Below are positions 1 through 10,823 of a stretch of DNA of 64,000 nt, piece by piece (position 1 is the stretch's first letter; each line of letters begins with the position of its first letter). The DNA is taken from assembly GCA_016906335.1 (NCBI GenBank), contig JADEYG010000004.1:1302001-1366000 (forward strand), read 5' to 3'. Source of the stretch: Novakomyces olei. Its lineage: Eukaryota. The notes beneath the pieces are model-generated. The model was not told where the DNA came from and did not search any database. It was given only the letters and a program-made list of their open reading frames with translations. The translations under genes and the position numbers were made by a program.

Positions 1-738
1 ACATTCAGATCAAAACAAACCAGGGGATAAAAAAACATTCAAAACTAAAGACAGCATCGATGGCATTAGGAGAGTATATCTTTGTACAAATCAAATCGAT
101 TATTAAAACGAATGTAAATTGAAAATCAAGAGAATGCCCAACCTCCTCTGGCGTTTTTGTGCGAGGACCAACTTCCCATTTCACAGAAAGTCCGCTGACC
201 CCAAAGTTATTATAAACCTCGCGTTTTACCGGGTCAGAAAGAACTTTGAATATCAGCGACTCAATCTCTCAAATTGCGCTATGGCATAATCATACGTACC
301 TTCGTATGCTGACTGTATTTTTCGGAATCGGCGTGAAGCCAACTCTTTGGCACGAGCTTCGCGATGCTTGTCCGGGTGAAATATCCTACTCAGTCTTTTG
401 TAACTATCGCGCAACTGCTCTGCTGTTGCCTGTATACAACATTAGTTTATGCTCCGAGTAAAGAAAAAAGATAAAAAAAAGAAGATTAAAAAAAAGAAAA
501 ATTGGTTCCAATTTACATTATGAGAAACGTTGAGAATAGCATAGTAATCGGCCTCATCGTCGTCGCCGTCGCCGTCTCCATCAAGTTCTTGCTCTTGTTC
601 ATTCCCGTCTCCATTTGTCCCGTCAACGCCGTTCAAGTCCGTGTCAACATCAAAATGATCCCAGTCTCCGCTTTCGTCACTCGGCCCTGGACTTACACTG
701 CCCTCAATGCTGCTAGCGCCATTGGCTGCCGCGCTCAT
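1..738 (-). CDS. DnaJ-domain protein, DNAJC11-like (5' part, spliced; continues beyond window start)
   Basis: Spliced exons give DYYAILNVSHN/ATAEQLRDSYKRLSRIFHPDKH (HPD motif)...AYE/VLSDPVKREVYNNFG...WEVGPRTKTPEE; GT-AG introns. Confidence 0.8.
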
Positions 739-1143
739 GATGCTGGCCTCTTTGCTTAATGCCCAAGTTTAGCTTAGTTCTATTTCATAATGAGATTGTA
801 AGCCTGTAGGATATAATTTGAATATAACGCCTAGAAGACTTACATAGTCCATTATTTAAGTAGAATTAAAATAGAATTAATATTACAAAAAAATAGTAAT
901 GACGATAATAAAATATTAAATAATGAAGGATTATATCAACAACAGTGCCATGATGCCGTATATGACCGCCCAGGATTTACTAAAATCTACAAAGTACTAT
1001 CGCCAATTATACAGGCAATCTTGAATGATCATTTAATTGCTTTTCAGTCAATCAGTATCTGAGTCAATCTAGCTATAGCATACAACATTATCACATTAGC
1101 CGTGTAGGTCCTCGCTGTGTAATTATAGACAATTGCTAATTAA

Positions 1144-2270
1144 TCAAGCTTGCTCAGAACTTTGGGGTATCGTGCCGTTGCTAGAACCTGATCCCGGTGT
1201 GACCGCTTGCACTTGTCCATTTCCGTCCACGTACTCAAAATTATATCGCGATAGTTGGTAATGCAGCGACTATGGCGTTGTTAATTTTATCCATCGAGGA
1301 TGATCAATGAATGGCCGAGCCTACAAGTCCAAAAGCCCGTAAAAAAATAAATATAAAAATAAAATTAAAAGAAAAAGAACAAAGTAGATGTAATATCATC
1401 TGCAAGACATACCGAAATCTGTGCACCAAACCGTCCAGGGTTCTCAATTAGCTCATATAAAGGCACCGCGAGTAGTTTCATGTTAGACGGAATAGCCAAC
1501 GTGCCTTTGAAAGATCAGATTTAATATATGGATTTTCAAGTTACCATTTTGCGGCAAAGTTACGAGAAACATCTTTTTACACTCCTTTGGCTGAGTTATA
1601 TGCGCCGGCACATAAGGGTAGGTGTGGACTTCAAAGTGCGGGCGCCACCATTGGGCGATACAGTCTCCAATTTCCCAAGGCATAGGCTCTTCGCCCTCTG
1701 CGGAAAGTTGACGTGCAAGTATTGATTGAAACCCTTCAATCTCCTCCGTGTCGTGCTCCAAGTAATCGCCAGGCCTTTTGATTAGATCATTACGAATAAA
1801 CCCACTTTAATAAAAGAAGAAAAGCTAAAGAAAGTTGGTCAAAATGAAATATAATCAACATGCAGATAGGTAGCATAATCTATGAAACAAAGAACAGTGA
1901 TAAAATCAGCCAAAGCCAAAGAGTCACTTACAGTCGAAAAAAAGTATTCGTAACCTGCAATAGCAGGATATGAGGATGATTATGTTGATGCACTGAGATT
2001 AGTCGGAGAGCCATTGCAAATTCATACCTAGAATCACACCCTCCACCATACGCCGCATCCCATGTTCATCATAGTACTCCTTTAGCCGCGTCAAACGCGC
2101 GTGAAATGTGCTGTCTCGGTCCGTCCAGGGCTCAGCTGCCTTTTGTGTGTAATTGGCTTCCTGTTAGAATAATAACACTGATCAGTCATACACAGAGGGT
2201 AAATGCGAATGCTTTCGCGCTGATGAGCATTGAATTCGACCGCCGGGCCTGGACCCAGCGGTACCGTCAT
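1144..2270 (-). CDS. NUDT21: Cleavage factor Im 25 kDa subunit (CFIm25/CPSF5), multi-exon
   Basis: Reconstructed IYPLSNYT...HGMRRMVEGVILVHQHNHPHILLLQ...LPGDYL...QWWRPHFEVHTYPYVPAHITQPKE...MKLLAVPLYEL...LSRYNF. Confidence 0.92.
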
Positions 2271-2467
2271 GACTGCTTGTAGACGGCCTTTTCGAAAGAG
2301 GCAGGGAGATGGCTATGGATTTGTCGCACGTCTGTTGCTTTAGTCAAATTGTCATATAGAATTAATTAAAATTAAAGTATATAATAAAAGTTTTATATTT
2401 ATTAAAATATATTTATTAAAATTCAATAATACAAATAATTCTTTTTGCACAGTATATGAAATGAAAT

Positions 2468-2553
2468 TATAATGGCAATAATGGCAATAATGGTATAATG
2501 GCAATAATGGTATAATGGCAATAATGGTATAATGGCAATAATGGTATAATGGC
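2468..2553. repeat. Tandem 8-9 bp repeat (ATAATGGC/ATAATGGT) in divergent promoter
   Basis: Directly visible array. Confidence 0.9.
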
Positions 2554-2653
2554 TATACCTATACGACTGATCCAACAATGTAACGATATTCTTTTACACT
2601 TTTATCGAGATTAATTTTGTAAGGGCAGCATACGCAAGACCGATCCCCTCCTA

Positions 2654-3241
2654 ATGGCCGATCCAACGCCGTCGCTATGCCTCGGCGTGACTGGTCTTAA
2701 AGACTTTCTGCGGGTATCGCGTTCCCGTATGGACGACACGGTAGGCGTCCAATTAAATGCATTAGCCGAGTACGCGCCGTACGATCCTAGCGCGACGCGT
2801 CTGGGACGGTTGGGCAGTAGCAGCGGCCGGCGAGAAGGAGCGCCAGACGAGAAGAGCTGCCGCATGTTTGGCGCACATTTGGTTTCAGAATGGCGCTCGC
2901 GTACAAACCTGCTCGAGTACTGCTCGCGTATAGCCGAACGGCCAATTGAGGGCAAAGTGTCACCGGACGGCAGTACGCAGTACACTCTAGAGGCCAGCAA
3001 ACGGCCGCTGCAGCCAGAGACGGCTAAAGAGATCGAAAAGTACGATAACGACGAGGACGAGAGGTACGATCCTTATGCCCGGAGGCCAAGGTACCGGTAC
3101 GATGCCCGGAGCGAATTGCGCCGAGTGCTCAAGAGCGAAAATATGGTGGAAGATATCTTGCGGGATCGCGCATGGAGCATTTTGCGCGATCGCTGCCCTT
3201 GCATTACAGAGGACTGGCAAACAGCATTGGAAAAATATTGA
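2654..3241 (+). CDS. MIX23: Mix23/Cid2 (CCDC58) family mitochondrial intermembrane-space protein
   Basis: CLGVTGLKDFLRVSRSRMDDTVGVQLNAL, W..R..LLEYC, ERYDPYA and E..VEDILRDRAW...RC motifs. Confidence 0.85.
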   Translation: MADPTPSLCLGVTGLKDFLRVSRSRMDDTVGVQLNALAEYAPYDPSATRLGRLGSSSGRREGAPDEKSCRMFGAHLVSEWRSRTNLLEYCSRIAERPIEGKVSPDGSTQYTLEASKRPLQPETAKEIEKYDNDEDERYDPYARRPRYRYDARSELRRVLKSENMVEDILRDRAWSILRDRCPCITEDWQTALEKY

Positions 3242-3585
3242 CAAAATGCATTTATTCAATAAACTATTTGCACAAATATTTGCTGGGCACTACACTGGCT
3301 CAGTCTCGAATGGGTATGTGTGACCCGTAGATCTTTGCCATTGTTTGCTGCCCTATACCATGTTGCGTATACTTGTTTGAGGACGTTTAAGCTTTTGGCA
3401 AGAATATAAATCATGGATGCCAGGCGGGCCGGCAAGTAATCATTCCCACAAAGGGGCCACACTTGCCTGTAGGGCCTTGCCAGACTGACCTAGCCCGTAC
3501 CGTTTGCCATACACTATAATACAAGACGTACTGGTTGTTGGAAGAAACAAACCCCCAAACCAACCCAGCGACCTTGACGGCCTCT

Positions 3586-3712
3586 TGTAAATAAATGGCC
3601 TGTAAATAAATGGCCTGTAAATAAAGGCCTGAAAAAAAAAGGCCTATAAATAAGTGGCCTGTAAATAAACGGCCTGTAAATAAATAGCCTCTTGTAAATA
3701 AATGGCCTCTTA
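3586..3712. repeat. About 8 copies of ~15-bp TGTAAATAAATGGCC between convergent genes
   Basis: Directly visible degenerate tandem array. Confidence 0.9.
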
Positions 3713-4741
3713 TAAACCCTTCTGGAGTACGTCTGACGGGACAGTCGAAGCTGACCGCTGCCGTTTCCCTCGTTTCCGCTCAGCCTCTGCCTGCTCTAAT
3801 TTCAGTGCACGGCTTCGGGCCACTCGTGAATCTGGCTGCCTTGCCGGGTCCGCACAGGCAGCAAGTTTTTTCCCCAAGGCAGCAGCTCTAGCGCTATTAA
3901 TGCCCCGGCCATCAAGTCCCTCGTGCAGCAATCCAGCTGCCTCTTCAACACTGGCCAGTAGCGCTCCATTAGCCTCCGCTTTGCCCAAGAATTGGGTAAA
4001 GTAGAGCGACAGGTAGTGCTCACACAGCTCCCGCCTCGACCGCCAAAGGGCAGCGAGAGCGATTACGCTGGGCGAGTAGAGGAATAGCAGGTCTGTGCAT
4101 AAAAGAGCAGTTGTAAGTGCCGTTCGAGCCAGAGCATGAAGCGACTCCAGATCGCGTGCGCTTATATTCAGAGGCTCATACGTCTCCATATCCAGCACAA
4201 AGCCGTGCAGGGGACGGTAGGGCAGCCACACGTAAAGATCCCAGCGGATAGTCTGGCAGACAATAAACTCGAGCGCCAAAATCTCACTCGAATCGACCCG
4301 CATAGAGGCAGCAAAGCGGTCGAGCGGGACGAAATGATCGTTTGTCTTTGTCGCAAGATAAAGACAGGTTAGCAGAATGGGTTTAGGCCGACGCTGCATA
4401 ACAGAGACAGAGAGGAAAAACCGTCGAAAGTACACAGCGGCAGTGGCCTTTATATGACTCGGAAGCTGAAATCTCGCTGCCAATGAATCGACCAGTCTCG
4501 CAAAGTACTCTACTATTTCTGCCTCTTCTTGAAGAGTGACATAGTCAGTTGGAGGGCTGACGGGGGCACCAGTCCCTTCCTCCGCGGCCAACTGGCTTTC
4601 TTGATCGTAGTTTGCTCGTATCGAGCTAATAGCTCCGGAATTTACGCGTTCCCGACGCTCTTGAAGAGTCTTTGGCGTAAACGTCCACCGCCGCCGCTGC
4701 GAGGATTCTGCGTAAGCAGAGTCTACCGCACCTTCTTCCAT
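3710..4741 (-). CDS. mcs2: Cyclin H (CAK/TFIIK cyclin; Mcs2/Ccl1)
   Basis: Y..SSQRRRWTF N-terminus; cyclin box LPSHIKATAAVYFRRFFLSVSVM..PK.I.LTCLYLATK; PYRPLHGF. Confidence 0.92.
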   Translation of the reverse strand: MEEGAVDSAYAESSQRRRWTFTPKTLQERRERVNSGAISSIRANYDQESQLAAEEGTGAPVSPPTDYVTLQEEAEIVEYFARLVDSLAARFQLPSHIKATAAVYFRRFFLSVSVMQRRPKPILLTCLYLATKTNDHFVPLDRFAASMRVDSSEILALEFIVCQTIRWDLYVWLPYRPLHGFVLDMETYEPLNISARDLESLHALARTALTTALLCTDLLFLYSPSVIALAALWRSRRELCEHYLSLYFTQFLGKAEANGALLASVEEAAGLLHEGLDGRGINSARAAALGKKLAACADPARQPDSRVARSRALKLEQAEAERKRGKRQRSASTVPSDVLQKGL

Positions 4742-4974
4742 ACAGACTCGCTGTTACACATTCGGCCGTGGGGACAGGACAAGACTTGTTCCTGACAGCT
4801 CGTGAAGTGACGTGAATTAGTCTCTTTGACTTTTTATTATTTTTTATTATTTTTAATTATTTTTGTTATTTTTGTTATTTTTTAGTCTATTTATTTTTAT
4901 AGTCGAGTTTATTTATTTCCGAATGTATTGTATTTGCACGTGAATTAGACAAATAAAATCAAAGTAGTAATCAA

Positions 4975-5262
4975 TCCAATCAATAATATTTCAACAATAA
5001 TATTTCAACAATAATATTTCAACAATAATATTTCGACAATATTTCAATATATTTCGACAATAATATTTCAACAATATTTCAACAATATTTCAACAATATT
5101 TCAACAATATTTCAACAATATTTCAACAATATTTCAACAATATTTCAACAATATTTCAACAATAATATTTCAATAATATTTCAATATATTCCAATTAATT
5201 ACTTCAATTAATATTACAATAATATTTCAATAATATTTCAACAATATTTAATTCAATAATAT
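4975..5262. repeat. AT-rich minisatellite (AATATTTCAAC)n in cyclin H/pof3 divergent promoter
   Basis: Directly visible 11-14 bp units. Confidence 0.9.
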
Positions 5263-5282
5263 CCGAGTTTTCGACATGTGCC

Positions 5283-7055
5283 ATGGCGTCCGCCTTGGCG
5301 GACCGCAAAGAACAACAGGCGCGAGTCGCAGCCGCGCAAAGAAAGTGGCGAGAGGCAGAAAAATTTGCTACTGAAGCATTGCAAACGTCACTGCATCCTT
5401 CGCTTGCACTGTACGAATTACGATTACGTATTCGCGAACGGTTGGGCGAGTATGAGGAGGCCCTACTCGACGCTCAGCGCATGGTGCGTCTCGACCCGGC
5501 TAAACCGGCGGCTTATTTGCACAGAGGCAAATTGCTGCAATTGATTGGTCGGGATATGGAGGCGCTGGAGTCGTACGATCTCGCGCTGAGACGAGCCAAC
5601 AAATCTGAACGTCACTATGGCACAATTGACAGTGCGCGTAAAGCCCTAATGACGCGTCTGTACGGATCAGAGACGCGTTCACGTGACGTTTTTAAATTGC
5701 TTCCCATAGAGCTCGTTTTACGCGTTTTTGAGTACGTTGATTTCGCGTCTACCGTACGCTGTACACGTGTGTGCCGCGCATGGAGACGCGCTATCAATGC
5801 AACGCCCGCTTTTTACGCGTACATTAGTATGCCAACAGCCGCTCAACTCGCCGCACGACCGCGCCGTAACGCGTTTGATCCCACACGCGCGTTACGCGTC
5901 TACAATAAATGCCGGTTACGTTACTTGCGTCTGGCGGGCGCAAGTCTGCGTGCGTGGGATGGCATTCCCGCCGCACAGTTTGAAAAGTGGAATCACGTGA
6001 TCACACGATCGGCTTGTGAAAATGTACGCGAGCTGCGATTCGATCGGGTCACAAAGTTTATGGATTTTTCATTGCTTCCGCAGCTGCGGCATTTATCTTT
6101 AGGCGACTGCCTGCCGAGCCTGGTGTGTGGGATTGTCGCGCATACACGTGGGCTGGAGACTTTGCGGGTCCATTGCCTTGTTGAATTGCAGCCCGTTGTC
6201 GCCACAACAGAAATGGAGAAATTTCCATCGCAACAACAGCTCTGTAAGCTGCGAGTAATTGCCATCACTGGCTCCGTAGTCCAGGCGCATTTAGCCAGTC
6301 TATATACATTATTTAGCAAATGCACAGCTCTAGAATCATTAGACGCCAGAGCTGTTGCTTCAATGCCCACTGATTTGTCACGCACGCGTCTACAGCATTT
6401 TATTATGGCTCAAAGCGGTGGCGTAATGCCCGTGGCAATTAGTGGGACAGAAACGGTGCCCATTGGTCGAAGCAGCAGCGACGTCACCGGCATCGTTTTC
6501 CCTCAGACTCTACGCAGCCTTGAAGTACGTGTTGGGGCCGGTGATGTCATTCCTCCAGGCCAGTTGAGCAAAGATTTGGCACTCGACCGGCTCGTGCTCG
6601 GAGGCACGTGTCACGTGAGTGCGTGGTGCACGAAATGGAAGCAGTTTGTACGCGTCGCGTGCCGAAATGTAAAAGAAGTAGGATTTTGGTGCTTGGAAAT
6701 GGACACAGAGACCTTTTATGCGCTGCTGCAGGATATTTCCTCGGCAGAAAGACTGGACTTGACCGGCGCTGTAGACTGTACAGACCAATGGCTCTTGCAG
6801 ATTGCATTGCTTATGCCGCGGCTCACTAGCATTGTTCTAGACGAGTGCCACCAGGTAACGGGCCGTGGAATACTGGAGATGGTACGCAGGCTTCAGCGGC
6901 CTGCTGGACCAAAATTAGAGTACCTTTCTTGCAACGGCATTGAAGTGCGAAAGGAAACAATTGAGCATTTACGTGGGACTTATTGTGTGACGAATGTAGT
7001 GCATTCGCGGCCAGTAGAAGATTTGCCTTTGAAGCGAGCTCGCATGGTCTACTAA
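5283..7055 (+). CDS. pof3: TPR/F-box/LRR protein (Pof3/Dia2 family)
   Basis: N-terminal TPRs (EEALLDAQRMVRLDP..AAYLHRGKLL), F-box LPIELVLRVFEY..CTRVCRAWRR, C-terminal LRR-like repeats. Confidence 0.82.
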   Translation: MASALADRKEQQARVAAAQRKWREAEKFATEALQTSLHPSLALYELRLRIRERLGEYEEALLDAQRMVRLDPAKPAAYLHRGKLLQLIGRDMEALESYDLALRRANKSERHYGTIDSARKALMTRLYGSETRSRDVFKLLPIELVLRVFEYVDFASTVRCTRVCRAWRRAINATPAFYAYISMPTAAQLAARPRRNAFDPTRALRVYNKCRLRYLRLAGASLRAWDGIPAAQFEKWNHVITRSACENVRELRFDRVTKFMDFSLLPQLRHLSLGDCLPSLVCGIVAHTRGLETLRVHCLVELQPVVATTEMEKFPSQQQLCKLRVIAITGSVVQAHLASLYTLFSKCTALESLDARAVASMPTDLSRTRLQHFIMAQSGGVMPVAISGTETVPIGRSSSDVTGIVFPQTLRSLEVRVGAGDVIPPGQLSKDLALDRLVLGGTCHVSAWCTKWKQFVRVACRNVKEVGFWCLEMDTETFYALLQDISSAERLDLTGAVDCTDQWLLQIALLMPRLTSIVLDECHQVTGRGILEMVRRLQRPAGPKLEYLSCNGIEVRKETIEHLRGTYCVTNVVHSRPVEDLPLKRARMVY

Positions 7056-7410
7056 TAGTGGTTTGACCGTTTGGATTGTTGGAATCCAATGAATAGTAAA
7101 TTATGAATTAGTATAACAATAGGAATATAACAATTGATATAGAATAATAGGAATAGTACAATAGAAGTATAATATATTATACAGAAATAATAATACAAAT
7201 ATAATAATACAATTATAATAGATTAATGAAAATTAAGTGAATAATGACAAAACAATAGAAAAATAAGAAATAAAATCGATGTTTGTATTATCCATTAGAT
7301 AACGGGGATGCACATTCAAAAAATAATGAAAGCAATAATAATATTTAATTGCGATTAAATAATATTCAATTCTGCCATCCTGTTCACTTGGGCGCTGATC
7401 CAGATAAGGC

Positions 7411-8402
7411 ATGGAGGCGCTCGACGAAGAAGACAGTATTCTGTCCTCCATTTATCCTGACGAATATGAGCGTAATTGTCTATTTGTGACGATTGTTAAC
7501 TTGGAACAGGTCTAAAACCAAATCAGTTCAAGATTTCACAGCCTTTAGATAGCGAGGATTGCGGTGTAGCGAGTCCACGTAAGTCTTGCAGCCAATTGCT
7601 TTATTTCTCCCTCTATTACACATCTTGATCTGTCCTCTCTTCCTTTTTTTTTGGTTGATTATGCGTCGTCGAAATCGTCGTTTGGATAGTTTTTTCTATT
7701 TATTTGATGAACACAGACTAATCAAACAGCTACAGTTATTCTGATCGCGACGTGCGAGGAAGGGTACCCCGACACTCTTCCAAAATTAGAAGTTCAAGTT
7801 TCATCAGAGGGCGAATCGCAATTACAGGACGACGACATTTCTCGGTTACAAACCCATCTTGCTCAGCTGGTATGTCATGCACGAAATTTTAGAAAAAACG
7901 CGACTCTGGTCATTGTAAATATCGGGCTAATTGACAACAGGGCGAGGAGAATTTAGGCATGGCCATGATATTTACATTAGCCTCGGCCCTTAAAGAAGCA
8001 GCCACAGATGCTATAGTAGAGAAGGGCAAAAAACGGCAGGCTGAACAAGATCGTTTACGGGCAGCGGCATTAGAGGCGGAGGAGGCTAAATTTCGTGGAA
8101 CTCCAGTCACACGGGAATCTTTTCTAGCTTGGAGAGCAAAGTTTGATGTGGAAAGAAAAGCGTTGGAACGAAAGGAAAGCGAAGAAAAATTAGCCAAAAT
8201 GCTAGCGTCTGTATCTAACACAAATCAACGAAGGGCTTTGGTGGAGAAGCGATTAACTGGAAAAGAATTGTTTGAGCAAGGGAAAGCTCTCGATAATAAT
8301 GCAAATGAGGAAGATGAAGAGGAAAACGAGGAAACGGAAAACGAGGAAACGGTGGATTTGACAAAATTAAGGCTTGAACAACAAGAAACAGAGTCAGTAT
8401 AG
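7411..8402 (+). CDS. GIR2: RWD-domain protein (Gir2/RWDD1), 4 exons
   Basis: MEALDEEDSILSSIYPDE; YPDTLP; ENLGMAMIFTL; KFRGTPVTRESFLAWRAKF; RLTGKELFE. Confidence 0.9.
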
Positions 8403-8583
8403 TTATAAGTAGAAGGTAGACAAAACAGCCTGGTCTAAAGAAAATCAAGTCAAATTTGGTGTTACAAACTTGCTTTTTCTTTGCCTTTTACCTGCCTTTA
8501 ATGTAATATTAAACGCTGGCATGTATTTATATAAATTTCATTCAAATTACTCCTTTATCATTAACGAAAATTATGATCGAATG

Positions 8584-8901
8584 CTAGACTTGTCGGGGTA
8601 AAGGCCCAAATAAATGAACACTGAGCCGCTCATTTTCCGGTACGCTTGACTCAACAGTCAGCTTGTAGTCTAAAAATTAGAAACAATCAATATCCAGAGT
8701 GTAGCCTACCGAGTCGCACAGCTTTATCCAGCTCGCTGCCCTTGATATCGCCCGCAGCCAAAGGCACTGATGGTGTTAAATCCTGGTCCGTTTCTGCTTC
8801 TAATTCATCGATAGAATGTGCCGAAGAATTCGATCTGTCTAGAACATCTTGCTCGTCTGATTGTTAGAGACAAACTAAGACACGACTCTACCTTCTTCCA
8901 T
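8584..8901 (-). CDS. Small 3-exon acidic protein (80 aa), unknown function
   Basis: Two short GT-AG introns with CTAAC/CTAAT branch sites join an open frame MEEDEQDV...ENERLSVHLFGPLPRQV*; telomere-like promoter motif ~120 bp upstream. Confidence 0.65.
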
Positions 8902-9020
8902 TGTGCAATAATCGTCAAACGTGGAGCAACTGGATTTACATTCCGAATATTAGGTTTGTATTTTATTAAATTTGTTATCATGATTGACATCGGTTTAGTA
9001 AACGTGACCAGCGTCTCATT

Positions 9021-9042
9021 TAACTAACCCTAACTAACCCTG
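9021..9042. promoter_or_regulatory. Telomere-like AACCCT element, 10-bp period
   Basis: TAACTAACCCTAACTAACCCTG upstream of the 8901 ATG. Confidence 0.55.
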
Positions 9043-9362
9043 AAAATAATTGTGAATACTGGGCTCTATTATAATAAAATTACATCTAATTTTAAGAGTA
9101 TATCGATATCGTCAAGCTTATTATGCGGTAGGACTATTGTCCGATAATTCTACATATTGTTCAATGCAAGCCATAAATGCAATTGGCCTCGAGCACACGC
9201 GATCTAAACAGATTAAACGAATTAAAGCCAAGATATGAGTAAGCGGTCCCGACCGCCAACAGATATTCTTATAGAAAGTTTCACCGTACGGTTCAAAAAT
9301 GCCCTCTACGATGTAGATGTATTGCGATCCAAACCAGCCAAATTTATTCACTAGACGACAGA

Positions 9363-10352
9363 TTACTGTTGCCCTTCATTGCGCCCAAGATACTGGGACC
9401 TTGCAACAAATATGTAATATAAATAAGCCGCAGACATGAGTGAAACGAGATGCCAAAACCAAAATGAAAGTAGTATATCGTAAAGGTACAATCGCCACGG
9501 AACACGAGTATCTTTGCCAACTGCGTCAATTACCCGTGCATTCCACTGGAAAAGTTCAATTGCCTCTGCGATAATATCGTTGTGTTGTTTACTGTTTAAC
9601 ATTGAGCCAGCAACATCGATACGGTGCCGAATACTGTCGCGCCGGCGGTCTTCATACGCCTTATCGACCGATCCACTTTTGCCCCAAGAAAAGATTTCTA
9701 GCCCTTTAATCTGACCAGAACTGATTTCTCTAGAAATGCCATCCTCACTATCATTTTCGTCTTGGGTATCATTATCATTATCATCATCATCATCATCATC
9801 ATTATCTTTGGGCGCAGCAAACTCCATTCTTTCAGACGCAAAAGGACCCAGCTTCAAAGCTTTGGATAACCGGTAGCGTACGATTCGTCCACCTGCAAAA
9901 AGCCCCAAATACATTAAATGGACATATGCAATAATAATGTGAGGCCTTTTATCAATAGCGTTTTGCATACGTTCCATATACTCCGCCACGATGGGAACTG
10001 CTACCATCTCGGGCGCCGGCACAGCCAATTGGCCATAGTGGTAAACCAAGTCGCGTCTACATTTATCTAATCGCAAATCCGATTGATCATAGAGCGCAGC
10101 CAAGCTAGATGCCACTTGAGGGTCGACGCTTGGGCGGCGCCCTTCCACAATCGCCACCCACTCTGGCTCAAAGGACGAATAAACCGAAGAAAATGCTAGC
10201 AACAGTTCTCGATATACTCGAGGATCGCGCAGAGCTACTGCAATTTTCAGAGACGCGAGCCGGTTATTCGTGTCGTGCGCCGCTATAAGGGTTAAACAGG
10301 GAAAACGTGTTCACTTGCTTTTGGTTGCCTGCCGGATCTCGTCACACAGCAT
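9363..10352 (-). CDS. HMX1: Heme oxygenase-like protein with C-terminal membrane anchor (Hmx1 family)
   Basis: EIRQATKTAHDTNNRLASLKIAVALRD (heme-ligand His), AYVHLMYLGLFAGGR, IIAEAIELFQWN, hydrophobic C-tail; needs a GC-AG intron at 10283-10318. Confidence 0.85.
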
Positions 10353-10823
10353 TCTGCAACAAATTGCGCACTGGCAGAAAATTAAATATTTAATAAAAAT
10401 AATATTATTATATAAACAAAACAGTATCAGAATATATCTGTAACTACTCCACAAAAAGTATATCGGACATAAAAATAAAACGTGCTTGTAAAAGTCAACG
10501 ACGTCATACAGTAGACTACAAGACAATTATACGTAATCCATACAAAAATCTAAATTTCTGTCTTCCATACAATTTATCGTCATTTTTTTTTAATTCAATT
10601 TGTATATATAATTTCTAACTAGATATACAAATTGTATTTATATTCTTCCGCCATGTACTGTTTTACTATATTTTATATTTTTATGCTTTATGCTTTTATG
10701 CTTTATACTTTTAGGCCTTAAATTCTTTTGCTTTATTATTGCCATATATATATTCCATCTACAAGGCCTTGAGCAATCAATCATCTGCTCTCTAATCCTC
10801 ATCTAATCCAACCCTCATCTACT

